From sequence record OP557969.1: a stretch of 64,000 nt of DNA; one strand, 5' to 3'. The DNA is from Escherichia phage ph0011. A model generated the notes under the pieces. The model searched no databases and was not told the DNA's origin. It saw only the letters and a program-made list of their open reading frames with translations. The position numbers were made by a program, and so were the translations under genes. This document shows, piece by piece, positions 35,369 to 46,364 of the stretch (its first letter is position 1; every line of letters begins with the position of its first letter).

Positions 35369-37363
35369 ATGAATAATGAAGAATTGAAAAAACTTTTGTT
35401 GTCAAAACATATTAATTCATGGGTACATTTATACAAAGGGGACTCTCATGTGAGGGATCTCCTTTCTATTTTTGGAATAGAACCAAAAACTGATTTCGAA
35501 ATATATAAAATTCTATATATGTTCATGAATGATATATCAACAATCCCAACTGCATATTGCGGAAAAAAAGCAAGATATAAAAATTTTCAAAAAGGATTTT
35601 ATAAATTTTGCGATGATTATATTATTAATAAAAAAAATACATGTAATGTATGTCATGAAATGTATTATAAAAATCGAACAAATAAAACAAAATCAACATT
35701 AATGGGTATGTATGGTGTATCTAATGTGTCCCAGATCCAAGAAGTAAAGAAAAAGAAAGAAAAAACTAACATGGAGCGTTATGGTGTTTCTACTAATTTA
35801 CAAACATCAGAATCTAAAGAGAAAATCAAACAAACTAATATAGAGCGTTATGGATGTGAATATCCAAACCAAAACCCTGAAATATTTAATAAAGTAAAAG
35901 AGACAAATTTAAAAAAATATGGTGTTGAATTCCAAAGTAAAAGAAATGAAGTAAAAGAGAAAGCAAAAAATACAAATATCTTAAAATACGGTACTGAGTA
36001 CTCTTTATCATCACCGACGATTCGTGAAAAAATCAATAAAACAAATCTTGAACGATATGGTGGTAACCCACTATCAAATAAAATTATCCAAGATAAAATA
36101 AAAAATACCAATATATTGAAGTATAATTCATTTTATCCAATGAGCAATTTGGATGTTCAGAAAAAAGTTCATAATACAAATGTGGAAAGATATGGTGTAA
36201 AACACCCATCCCAGAATAATTCTATTATTGAAAAAATGAAAGAAACCACAAAAAATAGATATGGGGCTGAACACTACTCACAAACTGATGAGTATAAAGA
36301 GAAAATGTCACTTGCTCATCTAGACGAAAGATATACTATAATTGTTGAAAATATTGATAAAAACTATATTCCATTATTTGAAAACACAGACCTGATGATG
36401 AAAGTTAACACCGATGAATACCCATTTTGGTGTGAATATTGTGATGATTTGTTTTATAGTAAGTACAAAAATCATAAAGTGAAATGTAAGTGTCAGAAAA
36501 ATAATGGTCATTCCTTGAAAGAGAAAGAGTTAGTTGATTATATAAAATCATTAATACCAAATATGGAAATTATAGAAAATGACCGTTCAGTACTGAAACC
36601 TAAAGAGTTGGATGTGTATATTCCAGAACTTAAACTAGCTATTGAATTTAATGGTGTTTATTGGCATAATGATGAAAATATCAATTCTACTAAACATCAA
36701 GATAAGGTATTAGATTGCTTAAAACATGGTGTAAATCTTATTCACATTTATGAAGATGAATGGGATAACCCATTAACCAATAAAATTATCAAGGAACGTT
36801 TAAAGAATAAACTTCTAGCGTCTAATAGAATTTATGCTAGAAAATGTACTGTTAGAAACATAGACAAACAAGTAAGTAATAAGTTTGTGAAATCACATCA
36901 TATCCAAGGTGTTGCACAAGCAAGTATACACATTGGGCTTTACTATGGGTGCGATTTAGTTGCTGTTATGACCTTTGGTAAATCAAGGTTTGATAAAAAC
37001 TATGAATATGAATTAATCAGATACTGTTCATCTGGTACAGTTGTTGGTGGTGCATCAAAATTACTAAAATATTTCGAAACCGTATATAATCCACAATCAT
37101 TGTTGACATATGCTGATATGGATTGGAGTAATGGTAATCTTTACACGGTTCTTGGTTTTGAGTTAGATAGCTATACAGAACCTGGATATTTTTATTATGA
37201 CCCACAAACGCACGAGAGAATTTCACGTCAAAAATGTCAAAAACATAAATTGATTAAGAAAGGTCACGATATCAACTTAACCGAGAGACAAATTTGCTGT
37301 GATGTATTGGGATATTATAAGATTTACAACTCTGGTAATATAAAATACACAAAAAAATATTAA
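35369..37363 (+). CDS. multidomain protein: N-terminal region, eight tandem ~25-aa repeats with (E/K)(R/K)YG core, PD-(D/E)xK (Vsr/DUF559-like) endonuclease motif, C-terminal domain of unknown function
   Basis: repeats NMERYGVSTNLQ / NIERYGCEYPNQ / LKKYGVEFQS / ILKYGTEYSL / LERYGGNPLS / ILKYNSFYPM / VERYGVKHPS / NRYGAEHYS; ELDVYIPELKLAIEFNGVYWH nuclease-like motif. Confidence 0.5.
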   Translation: MNNEELKKLLLSKHINSWVHLYKGDSHVRDLLSIFGIEPKTDFEIYKILYMFMNDISTIPTAYCGKKARYKNFQKGFYKFCDDYIINKKNTCNVCHEMYYKNRTNKTKSTLMGMYGVSNVSQIQEVKKKKEKTNMERYGVSTNLQTSESKEKIKQTNIERYGCEYPNQNPEIFNKVKETNLKKYGVEFQSKRNEVKEKAKNTNILKYGTEYSLSSPTIREKINKTNLERYGGNPLSNKIIQDKIKNTNILKYNSFYPMSNLDVQKKVHNTNVERYGVKHPSQNNSIIEKMKETTKNRYGAEHYSQTDEYKEKMSLAHLDERYTIIVENIDKNYIPLFENTDLMMKVNTDEYPFWCEYCDDLFYSKYKNHKVKCKCQKNNGHSLKEKELVDYIKSLIPNMEIIENDRSVLKPKELDVYIPELKLAIEFNGVYWHNDENINSTKHQDKVLDCLKHGVNLIHIYEDEWDNPLTNKIIKERLKNKLLASNRIYARKCTVRNIDKQVSNKFVKSHHIQGVAQASIHIGLYYGCDLVAVMTFGKSRFDKNYEYELIRYCSSGTVVGGASKLLKYFETVYNPQSLLTYADMDWSNGNLYTVLGFELDSYTEPGYFYYDPQTHERISRQKCQKHKLIKKGHDINLTERQICCDVLGYYKIYNSGNIKYTKKY

Positions 37364-37370
37364 TAAAATA

Positions 37371-37397
37371 GACTCCATTTTTTTGGGGTCTTTTTTC
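37371..37397 (+). terminator. intrinsic terminator
   Basis: gactcc/ggggtc stem with G-U pair, T-rich loop and tail. Confidence 0.5.
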
Positions 37398-37445
37398 ATA
37401 TGTGGTGATATAATGTTTATTACATTAACGTAAAGGAATAATCCT

Positions 37446-37712
37446 ATGAATACTGAGAAGGTAATGTACAATCGATATCGTTGTGGTAGACCAACCCTAG
37501 ATTATGAATCTACTGAAAATTTCTGGAGATTTATCAAAGATTCAATTGTTGATGTTATCGGTAGAGATCGAGTAAATGCATGGGCTAGTATATATCGTGA
37601 CAATAATGGTGAAACATTTTTCATCACATATGTTTCTGTGTATGACGAAAACGAGATGATTGTGGATTTACTTGAATGTTTAGTAGGGAAAGATTTAATA
37701 GAAATTGTATAA
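37446..37712 (+). CDS. hypothetical protein
   Basis: ORF track; TGgTGATATAAT -10-like element upstream at 37409. Confidence 0.45.
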   Translation: MNTEKVMYNRYRCGRPTLDYESTENFWRFIKDSIVDVIGRDRVNAWASIYRDNNGETFFITYVSVYDENEMIVDLLECLVGKDLIEIV

Positions 37713-37730
37713 AATACATGGAGTAGTATA

Positions 37731-38357
37731 ATGGGAAGACACATAATTGCAATCAATGGAACTATTGGAAGCGGGAAAGATACTTTTGCTAAAACATTCA
37801 TTGAAAATGGATATACAAAAATGTCATTTGCGACCAATCTAAAAGATTCGGTTGCTTCTATTTTTGGTTGGGATCGTGAAATGCTCGAAGGAACTACCAA
37901 GGAAAGTCGAAAGATTCGTGAAGAGCCAGATCAGTACTGGTGTAAAAAGATGGGACGTGATGATGTTTCACCTCGTTGGGTACTACAAAATTACGGAACT
38001 AATATTTTACGTAAGTATTTTCATAATGATATCTGGGTATTTAGTTTAGAAAAAACAATGCAAGAAATTGATGGAAATATTATCATTACTGATTGTCGTT
38101 TCCCAAATGAATTAAAAATGATTAGATCACAAAACGGAACTATTATTGAAGTACGTCGTGTACTTCCACATTGGTATGGTCTAGCGGCATCATATAATAA
38201 AAGAAATATTTCTATTAAACCAGTAGAACTTGAAACAGTCCATGAATCTGAATGGGCTTGGATTGGAATAAATTATCCTGATATTATTGTACATAATAAT
38301 GGTACACTAGAAGACTTACAGAAAAAAGCATTGGAGATTATTTACTCTAATATGTAA
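37731..38357 (+). CDS. deoxynucleoside monophosphate kinase (T4 gp1-like)
   Basis: P-loop INGTIGSGKDT; overall pattern (R ... G ... HESE ... NNGTLEDL) parallels T4 gene 1 product as recalled. Confidence 0.6.
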   Translation: MGRHIIAINGTIGSGKDTFAKTFIENGYTKMSFATNLKDSVASIFGWDREMLEGTTKESRKIREEPDQYWCKKMGRDDVSPRWVLQNYGTNILRKYFHNDIWVFSLEKTMQEIDGNIIITDCRFPNELKMIRSQNGTIIEVRRVLPHWYGLAASYNKRNISIKPVELETVHESEWAWIGINYPDIIVHNNGTLEDLQKKALEIIYSNM

Positions 38358-38413
38358 AATATAAACAATAAAGACTGGTCATTTAAATCCTTCAATAAAT
38401 AAGACTATACGAA

Positions 38414-38421
38414 TATAAATT
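38414..38421 (+). promoter_or_regulatory. late-promoter-like motif TATAAATT
   Basis: 7/8 match to TATAAATA, about 30 nt upstream of sheath gene start. Confidence 0.4.
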
Positions 38422-38453
38422 TCGAACAACCAATTATTTTTGGAGGATTTAAT

Positions 38454-41117
38454 ATGGCAGGAGATCTACTCTCACCTGGCGTGTCTATCTCAGTAACTGA
38501 TAACAGTATGAGTACTGCTGCTGCTCCTGGCACAGTACCACTATTTGTAATTGCTACTGCTGAAGACAAACTTGTCCCTGGCAGCAACGCAATTGCCACT
38601 GGGACTACTAAAGCAAATGCAGGTAAATTGCAGCTTTTGACATCACAAAAAAGTTCACTTGATACCTACGGTACACCAATTTTCCAAACGAATAACGGAT
38701 CTGTTGTACAAGGAGATGAACTAAACGAATATGGTCTACATGCAGTATATTCATACCTAGGAATTACCAATCGTGCATATGTAATTCGTGCTGATATCGA
38801 CCTAGCACAACTTGCACCACGTGCTGAAGCTCCAACTGGTCCAGTATCTAATGGTACTTTGTGGTTTGACGCTGCACAATCGCAAGTTGAAGCATATGTA
38901 GCTAAAAAAGATAGTCCAAGTAGTTTTTATGATTGGCAACTTAAGCCAGTAACTTTTGTTAGTGCAGAAGAAGTTGATGATGTAAGCCTAGTAGGTTTAA
39001 ATGTTGATGATTTAGTTCTACGTTATAAGCCAAGTAATGGTCAGATGTTAATGTATAAGCGTACTGCTTCCGGTTTGGTTCAAATGGAAACCTACTTATC
39101 CCCAATTAACAAAGTTCCAGTAGGTCCAACAGTAGAAAAAGGTAACATTTGGATTCGTGATGGATATACACAAAACGGTTCTAACTATTTTGGTACTCGT
39201 TTTGTTATTAAACGTTATGCCTCGTTAACTCAAGTTTGGAATGTTGTACCAACATACACAGGTAATTCATTTCAAGAAATCGAAGCGAAAAGTGGAGTAC
39301 TAAACAATAGTTATATCGCATCTCGTTTTGATGAAGATAGTAAGAGTTTCTCTTTCTATATCCAAAGTGCTAAACTATCAACTATTAGTGCACCAGCGTT
39401 GCCATTAGGTGAAACTATCATTGAACAAGCTGGTGATGATAGTTACATGACATTTACTTACTTGAATAAGTCAGTGAAAGTACTAGCAGTACCGAATGGT
39501 GGTGTTATTAATACACAAACTATCATCAATAATCTGAATTCTAATGCTGAAGTGATTAACGATGGTTTCAAATTCAAACGCGAATCAAATGGTAGTTTAG
39601 TTGTTTCTAATATTAAAGGATATAGTTTCAAAATCACACAAAGTGGTGATGACATTTTTGCAGAAGACGAACTACAAAAACTAACTGTAAACAGCAACAA
39701 CTACTCTCAAATTAATATTAAAAACTTTCGTGTTAGTGAATCCGTGCCGCGTAATATCGCAAAAGATGGAACTTTGTGGTATGATTTCGGGAACTCAGAT
39801 AATCTAACTGTCACTCTATATGTGGCTGATGTGGCAAATGACAAATGGGAACTTGTACAAGATGAAAACAAATATGTACAAGTTGATGAACCAGCAGCAG
39901 ACCGTACAATTTGGGTATGCCCACTATCACAAGGTGTTGATGGTTATGAATTCTATCGCAATGTTGATGGCGAGTGGGTTAAGCTTGATAACACTGATCA
40001 AAGCACCCTAAATGGTATGGTTTTCCACGATTTTAATATTCCATCCACTGTTCCAGCAGCAGCATTATATCAAAATGGTATGTTGGCTGTTGATTTAGGC
40101 AACACTGAAGGTGTTGTTAAAAAAATGGTTAATGGTCAATGGGAAGTTGTTAGTGGTGTAAGTATTGATGGTGCTGGCTTGTTTGGTCGTGCTGCACAAC
40201 GCAAACTAGTTGTTGAAGCTTTGGCTGCTGTCATTGTAGGCAATGATGAAATTCGTTCTGAATTTATTGATTTTAACCTAATTTGTGTACCTGGGTATGT
40301 CGAAACACTATCTGATTGTGTAACACTAAACACTGATCGTAAAGAAACTGCATTTATTGTTACCGATGTACCAGCACGTTTAGATCCAACTGGAAACGGT
40401 AGTGCCGTACAGAAATGGGCAACCAATGCAAATAATGCACCAACTAATGGTCCAGTGGGTAGAACAACTGCATATGATTATGCTGCTCAGTATATGGGTT
40501 GGTGTTTAAGTACCAATGTTGACGGGATGGAAGTTGCTGTACCTGGAAGTACAATTGCGATGCGTACATATGCATACAGTGATAGTGTAAGTTATGTATG
40601 GTATCCACCTGCTGGTACAACTCGTGGTGTTGTAACTAATGCTGCAAGTACTGGTTTTATTAATAGTGAAGGTGAATATCAACCAGTCGTATACAATCAA
40701 GGTCAACGTGATGTTATGTATACTAATAACATTAACCCAATTGCGATGCGTCCTAATCGTGGATTGTTGGTATATGGTGATAAAACACTATCTGCTAACC
40801 AAACTTCCGCTTTAAGCCGTGTTAACGTAGCTCGTTTGGTTGTTTATATTCGTCGCCAACTAGAAATTATTTCTGAACCATTCCTATTCCGTTTGAATAC
40901 ACCAAGTACTCGTCAGGAATTCAGTGGTGTTGTGAATAGTTTCCTAGCTGAAATTGTACAACAACAAGGTCTATATAACTTTGCTGTAGTTTGTGATGAA
41001 AGCAACAATACTTCTGAACGTATTGATCGTAATGAACTATGGATGGATATTGCAATCCAACCAACTAAGTCTATCAACTTCATTTATGTACCAATTCGTA
41101 TTGAGAAGACTCAATAA
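38454..41117 (+). CDS. tail sheath protein (long form, 887 aa)
   Basis: N-terminal LLSPGV and C-terminal block LLVYGDKTLSANQTSALSRVNVARLVVYIRRQLEIISEPFLF ... NFAVVCDESNN match contractile-sheath family conservation; GGAGGA SD. Confidence 0.75.
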   Translation: MAGDLLSPGVSISVTDNSMSTAAAPGTVPLFVIATAEDKLVPGSNAIATGTTKANAGKLQLLTSQKSSLDTYGTPIFQTNNGSVVQGDELNEYGLHAVYSYLGITNRAYVIRADIDLAQLAPRAEAPTGPVSNGTLWFDAAQSQVEAYVAKKDSPSSFYDWQLKPVTFVSAEEVDDVSLVGLNVDDLVLRYKPSNGQMLMYKRTASGLVQMETYLSPINKVPVGPTVEKGNIWIRDGYTQNGSNYFGTRFVIKRYASLTQVWNVVPTYTGNSFQEIEAKSGVLNNSYIASRFDEDSKSFSFYIQSAKLSTISAPALPLGETIIEQAGDDSYMTFTYLNKSVKVLAVPNGGVINTQTIINNLNSNAEVINDGFKFKRESNGSLVVSNIKGYSFKITQSGDDIFAEDELQKLTVNSNNYSQINIKNFRVSESVPRNIAKDGTLWYDFGNSDNLTVTLYVADVANDKWELVQDENKYVQVDEPAADRTIWVCPLSQGVDGYEFYRNVDGEWVKLDNTDQSTLNGMVFHDFNIPSTVPAAALYQNGMLAVDLGNTEGVVKKMVNGQWEVVSGVSIDGAGLFGRAAQRKLVVEALAAVIVGNDEIRSEFIDFNLICVPGYVETLSDCVTLNTDRKETAFIVTDVPARLDPTGNGSAVQKWATNANNAPTNGPVGRTTAYDYAAQYMGWCLSTNVDGMEVAVPGSTIAMRTYAYSDSVSYVWYPPAGTTRGVVTNAASTGFINSEGEYQPVVYNQGQRDVMYTNNINPIAMRPNRGLLVYGDKTLSANQTSALSRVNVARLVVYIRRQLEIISEPFLFRLNTPSTRQEFSGVVNSFLAEIVQQQGLYNFAVVCDESNNTSERIDRNELWMDIAIQPTKSINFIYVPIRIEKTQ

Positions 41118-41123
41118 AACATT

Positions 41124-41150
41124 AAGGGAACCTTTTGGTTCCCTTTTTTA
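41124..41150 (+). terminator. intrinsic terminator
   Basis: aagggaacc/ggttccctt perfect stem, loop tttt, 6 T. Confidence 0.8.
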
Positions 41151-41506
41151 TTGGTTAAAATTAAATACGTTATATTATCAATTTAGTGATTTGGATATAT
41201 TATGGAAGAAATACTTAAAAAAACATTACAGGATGTAAGTAATACAGTAAGGACACAAGAAGAATCATTGAAAATCTTAAAAGAATTTTTGAATAATCTA
41301 GAACATTGTCGGTATTATTCGTGGATATACTGTGTACACAAATGGTAAATGGTCTATTGGTATAAATTATATAGATTATAACCAAAATAAAAAATACTTG
41401 TATTGTGTTAATATAGATTGGTTCCCTTATTGATGACATACTTCAATAAAAGTATTATTAATAGATAAATAATATAAAGATGTCATTCCATAATAGGAGA
41501 ATATAA

Positions 41507-42193
41507 ATGGCTACAATGCTTGATCGATATGGCGTGCCGCTGGCGGGTGGTGGTCGTATCTCTATGAAACAACCGAAAGCAAAATATAAATTTCGTGTCA
41601 TTTTCTTTGGTTTCGGAACTAATGATGATGGTAATATGATTACACTAGACACTAATACAGTAGGGGCAGTATCTGTATCACATGAAAACGTTACTGTTCA
41701 TAGTTACAACAGTTCTGCACATTATAAAGGTAAGTACACATGGGATACCATTGAAATTGCTTTCCGTGATTCTGTTGGTAACGCATCAGCAAAAGCATTA
41801 TATAACCAAATGCGTAAAGAATTTAACTACTACAGCCAAGAATCCCGTATGACTGATTCACAATTTAAATTCGAAATGTGGATTCAGGAACTGGATGGTT
41901 CGAATAGTGAAAATACTTCTAACCTTTTTGAAGGTACGTTGAGTACTTGGGTATGCCAAGGTTGCTTTATTGAATCAAGCAACTTTGGTGATTGGGATTA
42001 TTCATCTAGTGATGCTCAAGTTATTTCAATGACAGTACAACCTGATGGCTGTGCTAAATTGGGTCCAAACGGTGAAGCATTTGGTGATGAAGTTAGTGGT
42101 TTCGGTAATCCTTCTACTGCTACATCTATTTCTGGTGCACAAACCAATATCAGTAGCACTACACTACCTGATAGTAATTTCTATGAAAAATAA
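41507..42193 (+). CDS. tail tube protein (gp19-like), paralogue 1
   Basis: pattern W.TIEIAFRDSVGNASAKAL ... DWDYSSSDAQVISMTVQPD parallels T4 gp19 (W.VTVMNDEAHDARQKF ... LDWDSNNEIQTFEVTL); AGGAGA SD. Confidence 0.65.
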   Translation: MATMLDRYGVPLAGGGRISMKQPKAKYKFRVIFFGFGTNDDGNMITLDTNTVGAVSVSHENVTVHSYNSSAHYKGKYTWDTIEIAFRDSVGNASAKALYNQMRKEFNYYSQESRMTDSQFKFEMWIQELDGSNSENTSNLFEGTLSTWVCQGCFIESSNFGDWDYSSSDAQVISMTVQPDGCAKLGPNGEAFGDEVSGFGNPSTATSISGAQTNISSTTLPDSNFYEK

Positions 42194-42212
42194 TTTCATT
42201 TAAACTTAATAT

Positions 42213-42241
42213 AGCCTCGAATCATTTCGGGGCTTTTTTTA
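42213..42241 (+). terminator. intrinsic terminator between tube paralogues
   Basis: agcctcgaa/ttcggggct stem (one G-U), loop tcat, 7 T. Confidence 0.7.
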
Positions 42242-42285
42242 TGCTAAATAAAGTATAATACCTTAAAAAATATAAAGAGGTTGCT

Positions 42286-43062
42286 ATGGCAAATAACATG
42301 ATTAATAAATATGGGGTTCCTTTACCATCAGGGCGTAATAGATCTATGCTTCAACCAAAAGCAAAATACAAGTTTCGTGTTATTGTATATAATTTTGGAA
42401 CTGAAATAAATGAACGAGATCACATCGCACTAGATGTTGATAAAATTGACAGACCTACTGTTACATTTAGCACACATAAACTATATCAATTTACAACCAA
42501 TACATCATATATTGGAAGTCATGATTGGGAGCCAATTACTTTATCTATACGTGATTCTGTTGGTAACGCATCAGCAAAAGCATTATCAAGACAATTACAA
42601 AAACAACTAGACTTTCAACGAAGAATAACTCAAAGAAGGAATCATGACTATGGTTCATATAAATTCGGATTAGTTATACAAATGCTTAGTGGTCGCAATG
42701 CTGATGATACCTTGGATAATTTAGGAAGAGATACTTTAGTTGATGCATCTACCGCTGCAACAAATAATTCTGGTCTTGTCAATGCAGTTGACCAATTTAT
42801 TGGTGGTTCATCATATAATAGTGCAGGTGTAATGGAATACTTTGTTTTAACTGGATGTGTTATTCAAAACATATCATACGATTCTCTGGATTATAGTTCA
42901 AGTTCACCAGTTGAAATGGTTGTAACTATAAAACCAGATAATTGTATACAATTTGATAACATTGAAGAAATGTATAGTACCAGAATAAATTCACTTTTAC
43001 CTGAAAATGTCAATCAAGGGTTAGATATCATTGATCGTGTTTTTGGTAATGTTGGATTTTAA
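42286..43062 (+). CDS. tail tube protein (gp19-like), paralogue 2
   Basis: N-terminus KYGVPLPSGRNRSMLQPKAKYKFRVI and ITLSIRDSVGNASAKAL shared with 41507 ORF. Confidence 0.65.
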   Translation: MANNMINKYGVPLPSGRNRSMLQPKAKYKFRVIVYNFGTEINERDHIALDVDKIDRPTVTFSTHKLYQFTTNTSYIGSHDWEPITLSIRDSVGNASAKALSRQLQKQLDFQRRITQRRNHDYGSYKFGLVIQMLSGRNADDTLDNLGRDTLVDASTAATNNSGLVNAVDQFIGGSSYNSAGVMEYFVLTGCVIQNISYDSLDYSSSSPVEMVVTIKPDNCIQFDNIEEMYSTRINSLLPENVNQGLDIIDRVFGNVGF

Positions 43063-43073
43063 GGAGGTGATGG

Positions 43074-44168
43074 ATGAGTGATTTTTTTGATTCATTTGTT
43101 AGTACTGGAACTGGTATAGTAGATGGAGTTATTGATAATATAAACATAGTAAATGATCCAGCATTCAAGAACTATAATGCGGCCCAGCGTGTTTTTGGAA
43201 CAGCAGGTGAAATGGGGTTCTCATTTTATAACTTACCAAAATTTAAAAATAGTTTTATAATAGAATTTGTATTAACTCCTTTCGCAAAGAACTTTATTAA
43301 AACACAATTACCAGATACACATACTGGCTTTGATGTTAATAATGTATCGTGTTTTGTGAAAGATGTGACGTTACCAAGCTTTTCATTCAATATTGAAACA
43401 GTAAATCAATATAACAAAAAGCGATTAGTTACTGGGGATATAGTTTATAAACCAAGTACTGTGGTTTTTTATGATACTGTAGATGGGGCTGGATACTTAC
43501 TACTGGATGCATATAGAAAGTTTTATTATGGGGATTTTTTTGATAAAAATCCACAATCATACAGAAATGATGTATTAAGTACACCTGACAACTTTAATGG
43601 ACTAGGTGGTAACTGGGGTCGTTCTGTTATGAATAATGGTAATTATGATAATCAGTACTTTTTCAAATCCATTAATATATATGAGATTGATAATGAGACA
43701 TATACTGTACATAATATGATAAATGTATTCATTGAAGATGTACAATTGGAAACAAAATCCATGGAAAGTGAAGCAGAACCTTCTATGATTACATTAACCA
43801 TGAGATATGAAGCATGTAACAACTTTGGTCCTGATGGGTATTTGAGCATTAGTGTTCCGTCGATGGAGATTGCTCATTTGATTACGAACACAGAAGGACT
43901 TGGTGTTAGTGGGTTTTTTAAATTTTTTGGTGAGTTAGATGATAAAACTGCCGGAATCACAACTGTTGGTAAAATTATCCGAGCAGGTACGGCAACTAGT
44001 GATATAATAAGCAGTGTTGATGATATATTGCGTGGGGATACTACACCTGATACAATTCGAAACATAGGTGCTGCTGTAACTAGGGGTTCTGATGCGATTG
44101 GATTTGGTAGTGTTGTGTCGGATGCAAGTTCTAAATTTGGACTTGGTAATATACTAGGAGATTTCTAA
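43074..44168 (+). CDS. hypothetical structural protein (possible tube-associated)
   Basis: GGAGG SD; follows tube genes; no firm motif. Confidence 0.4.
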   Translation: MSDFFDSFVSTGTGIVDGVIDNINIVNDPAFKNYNAAQRVFGTAGEMGFSFYNLPKFKNSFIIEFVLTPFAKNFIKTQLPDTHTGFDVNNVSCFVKDVTLPSFSFNIETVNQYNKKRLVTGDIVYKPSTVVFYDTVDGAGYLLLDAYRKFYYGDFFDKNPQSYRNDVLSTPDNFNGLGGNWGRSVMNNGNYDNQYFFKSINIYEIDNETYTVHNMINVFIEDVQLETKSMESEAEPSMITLTMRYEACNNFGPDGYLSISVPSMEIAHLITNTEGLGVSGFFKFFGELDDKTAGITTVGKIIRAGTATSDIISSVDDILRGDTTPDTIRNIGAAVTRGSDAIGFGSVVSDASSKFGLGNILGDF

Positions 44169-44229
44169 TAGCAGGATACTGTAATGTTTAGAATTAAATA
44201 TTGTTAAATGTATAAATTAAAAGGCATAA

Positions 44230-45240
<1,011 letters not shown>

Positions 45241-45268
45241 CTAAAACGTCTATTAATGGAGTTATTAA

Positions 45269-45805
45269 ATGAACAAGCTACAAAAAATTCTAACAGAAAA
45301 TAAACCTGTGTATGAATATCGTGTCAAATTTGCATTTGAGCCGAGTGCTGAACAATTGAGTAAAGTTACACAACGACTAGTAGATCGATATGATGCATTT
45401 GAAGTAGGTGCGTTGAAGAAAACAATTTTTATGGAAAAACCACTAGATTTTTACGAACTCGATTGTGGTGAAATCTGGATGTTTGATTTTAAATGCAATC
45501 GTGGTGTTCAGTCTAATGTACTGATGTATGAAATTGGAAACCTTCTGTCTGTTACTGAAGCACTTATTCGTGTTCGTAATAAAGATGAGCCTCGTCAAAT
45601 CGAAATGACAGATTTGGAAGATGATATTGATTTTGATGTTATTGATGAACCTATTATCGGTGTTGATTTTGGTAAACCTGAAGATAGTACTGATTTGGCT
45701 GGACAACAACGTGCTGATACAGCAGTTTCTGATGCCATTAAAGCTGTTAAAAAAGAAAATAAATACTCTCAATATATGAGTGCTGGTTTTAGTAAAAAGG
45801 ATTAA
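45269..45805 (+). CDS. hypothetical protein
   Basis: ORF track. Confidence 0.45.
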   Translation: MNKLQKILTENKPVYEYRVKFAFEPSAEQLSKVTQRLVDRYDAFEVGALKKTIFMEKPLDFYELDCGEIWMFDFKCNRGVQSNVLMYEIGNLLSVTEALIRVRNKDEPRQIEMTDLEDDIDFDVIDEPIIGVDFGKPEDSTDLAGQQRADTAVSDAIKAVKKENKYSQYMSAGFSKKD

Positions 45806-45808
45806 GAC

Positions 45809-46351
45809 ATGAGTATACTTAATGAAATGTTGGACTATGAAGATAATGAGTTAAATGAAGCTCGACCATATAGTCGTTCACAGAGTGCTATTGATAGTGC
45901 AAAAGGTAAAGTAAAAGGTTTTTTTGGTAGTGGGCAGATTGAACAAGGTGCACAAGAGGTTGGTGCTGAAGCGAACCGTTTGTGGGCAGAGTTTAAACGT
46001 TATGTTGGTCGAAAATATGGCAAAGCACAACCATCTGTTCCTTACGCTGATGTTGCACAGTTTTTTAAAGGGAACAATCTTGATATTAAATACTTGGGTA
46101 ATAATCCACGTCGTTCTTTTACACCAAAAGATGTAGGTACTGCTTTATTAAACGCTGCTCGTGATCTAATGAATGACTATCGTGACCAACAAGGCGAGGA
46201 AGAACGTTCTGAACCACAACAGTCACAGCGTACTGCACCTGAGCAACCAGCACAACAAGAACAACCAAAAGCACAAGGTTCCAGTATCCCTGATGCTCTA
46301 CAAAAATTAAGTCCAGAGCAACGCGACCAACTGTTACGTATGCTTTCTTAA
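45809..46351 (+). CDS. hypothetical protein with Q/E/P-rich C-terminus
   Basis: ORF track. Confidence 0.45.
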   Translation: MSILNEMLDYEDNELNEARPYSRSQSAIDSAKGKVKGFFGSGQIEQGAQEVGAEANRLWAEFKRYVGRKYGKAQPSVPYADVAQFFKGNNLDIKYLGNNPRRSFTPKDVGTALLNAARDLMNDYRDQQGEEERSEPQQSQRTAPEQPAQQEQPKAQGSSIPDALQKLSPEQRDQLLRMLS

Positions 46352-46364
46352 GGAGAACCATCAC

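Noticed and set aside
40993-41238. ORF-track ORF overlapping the sheath 3' end and terminator
   Set aside because: Overlaps the end of the sheath gene in another frame and runs through the intrinsic terminator; hydrophobic low-complexity translation.
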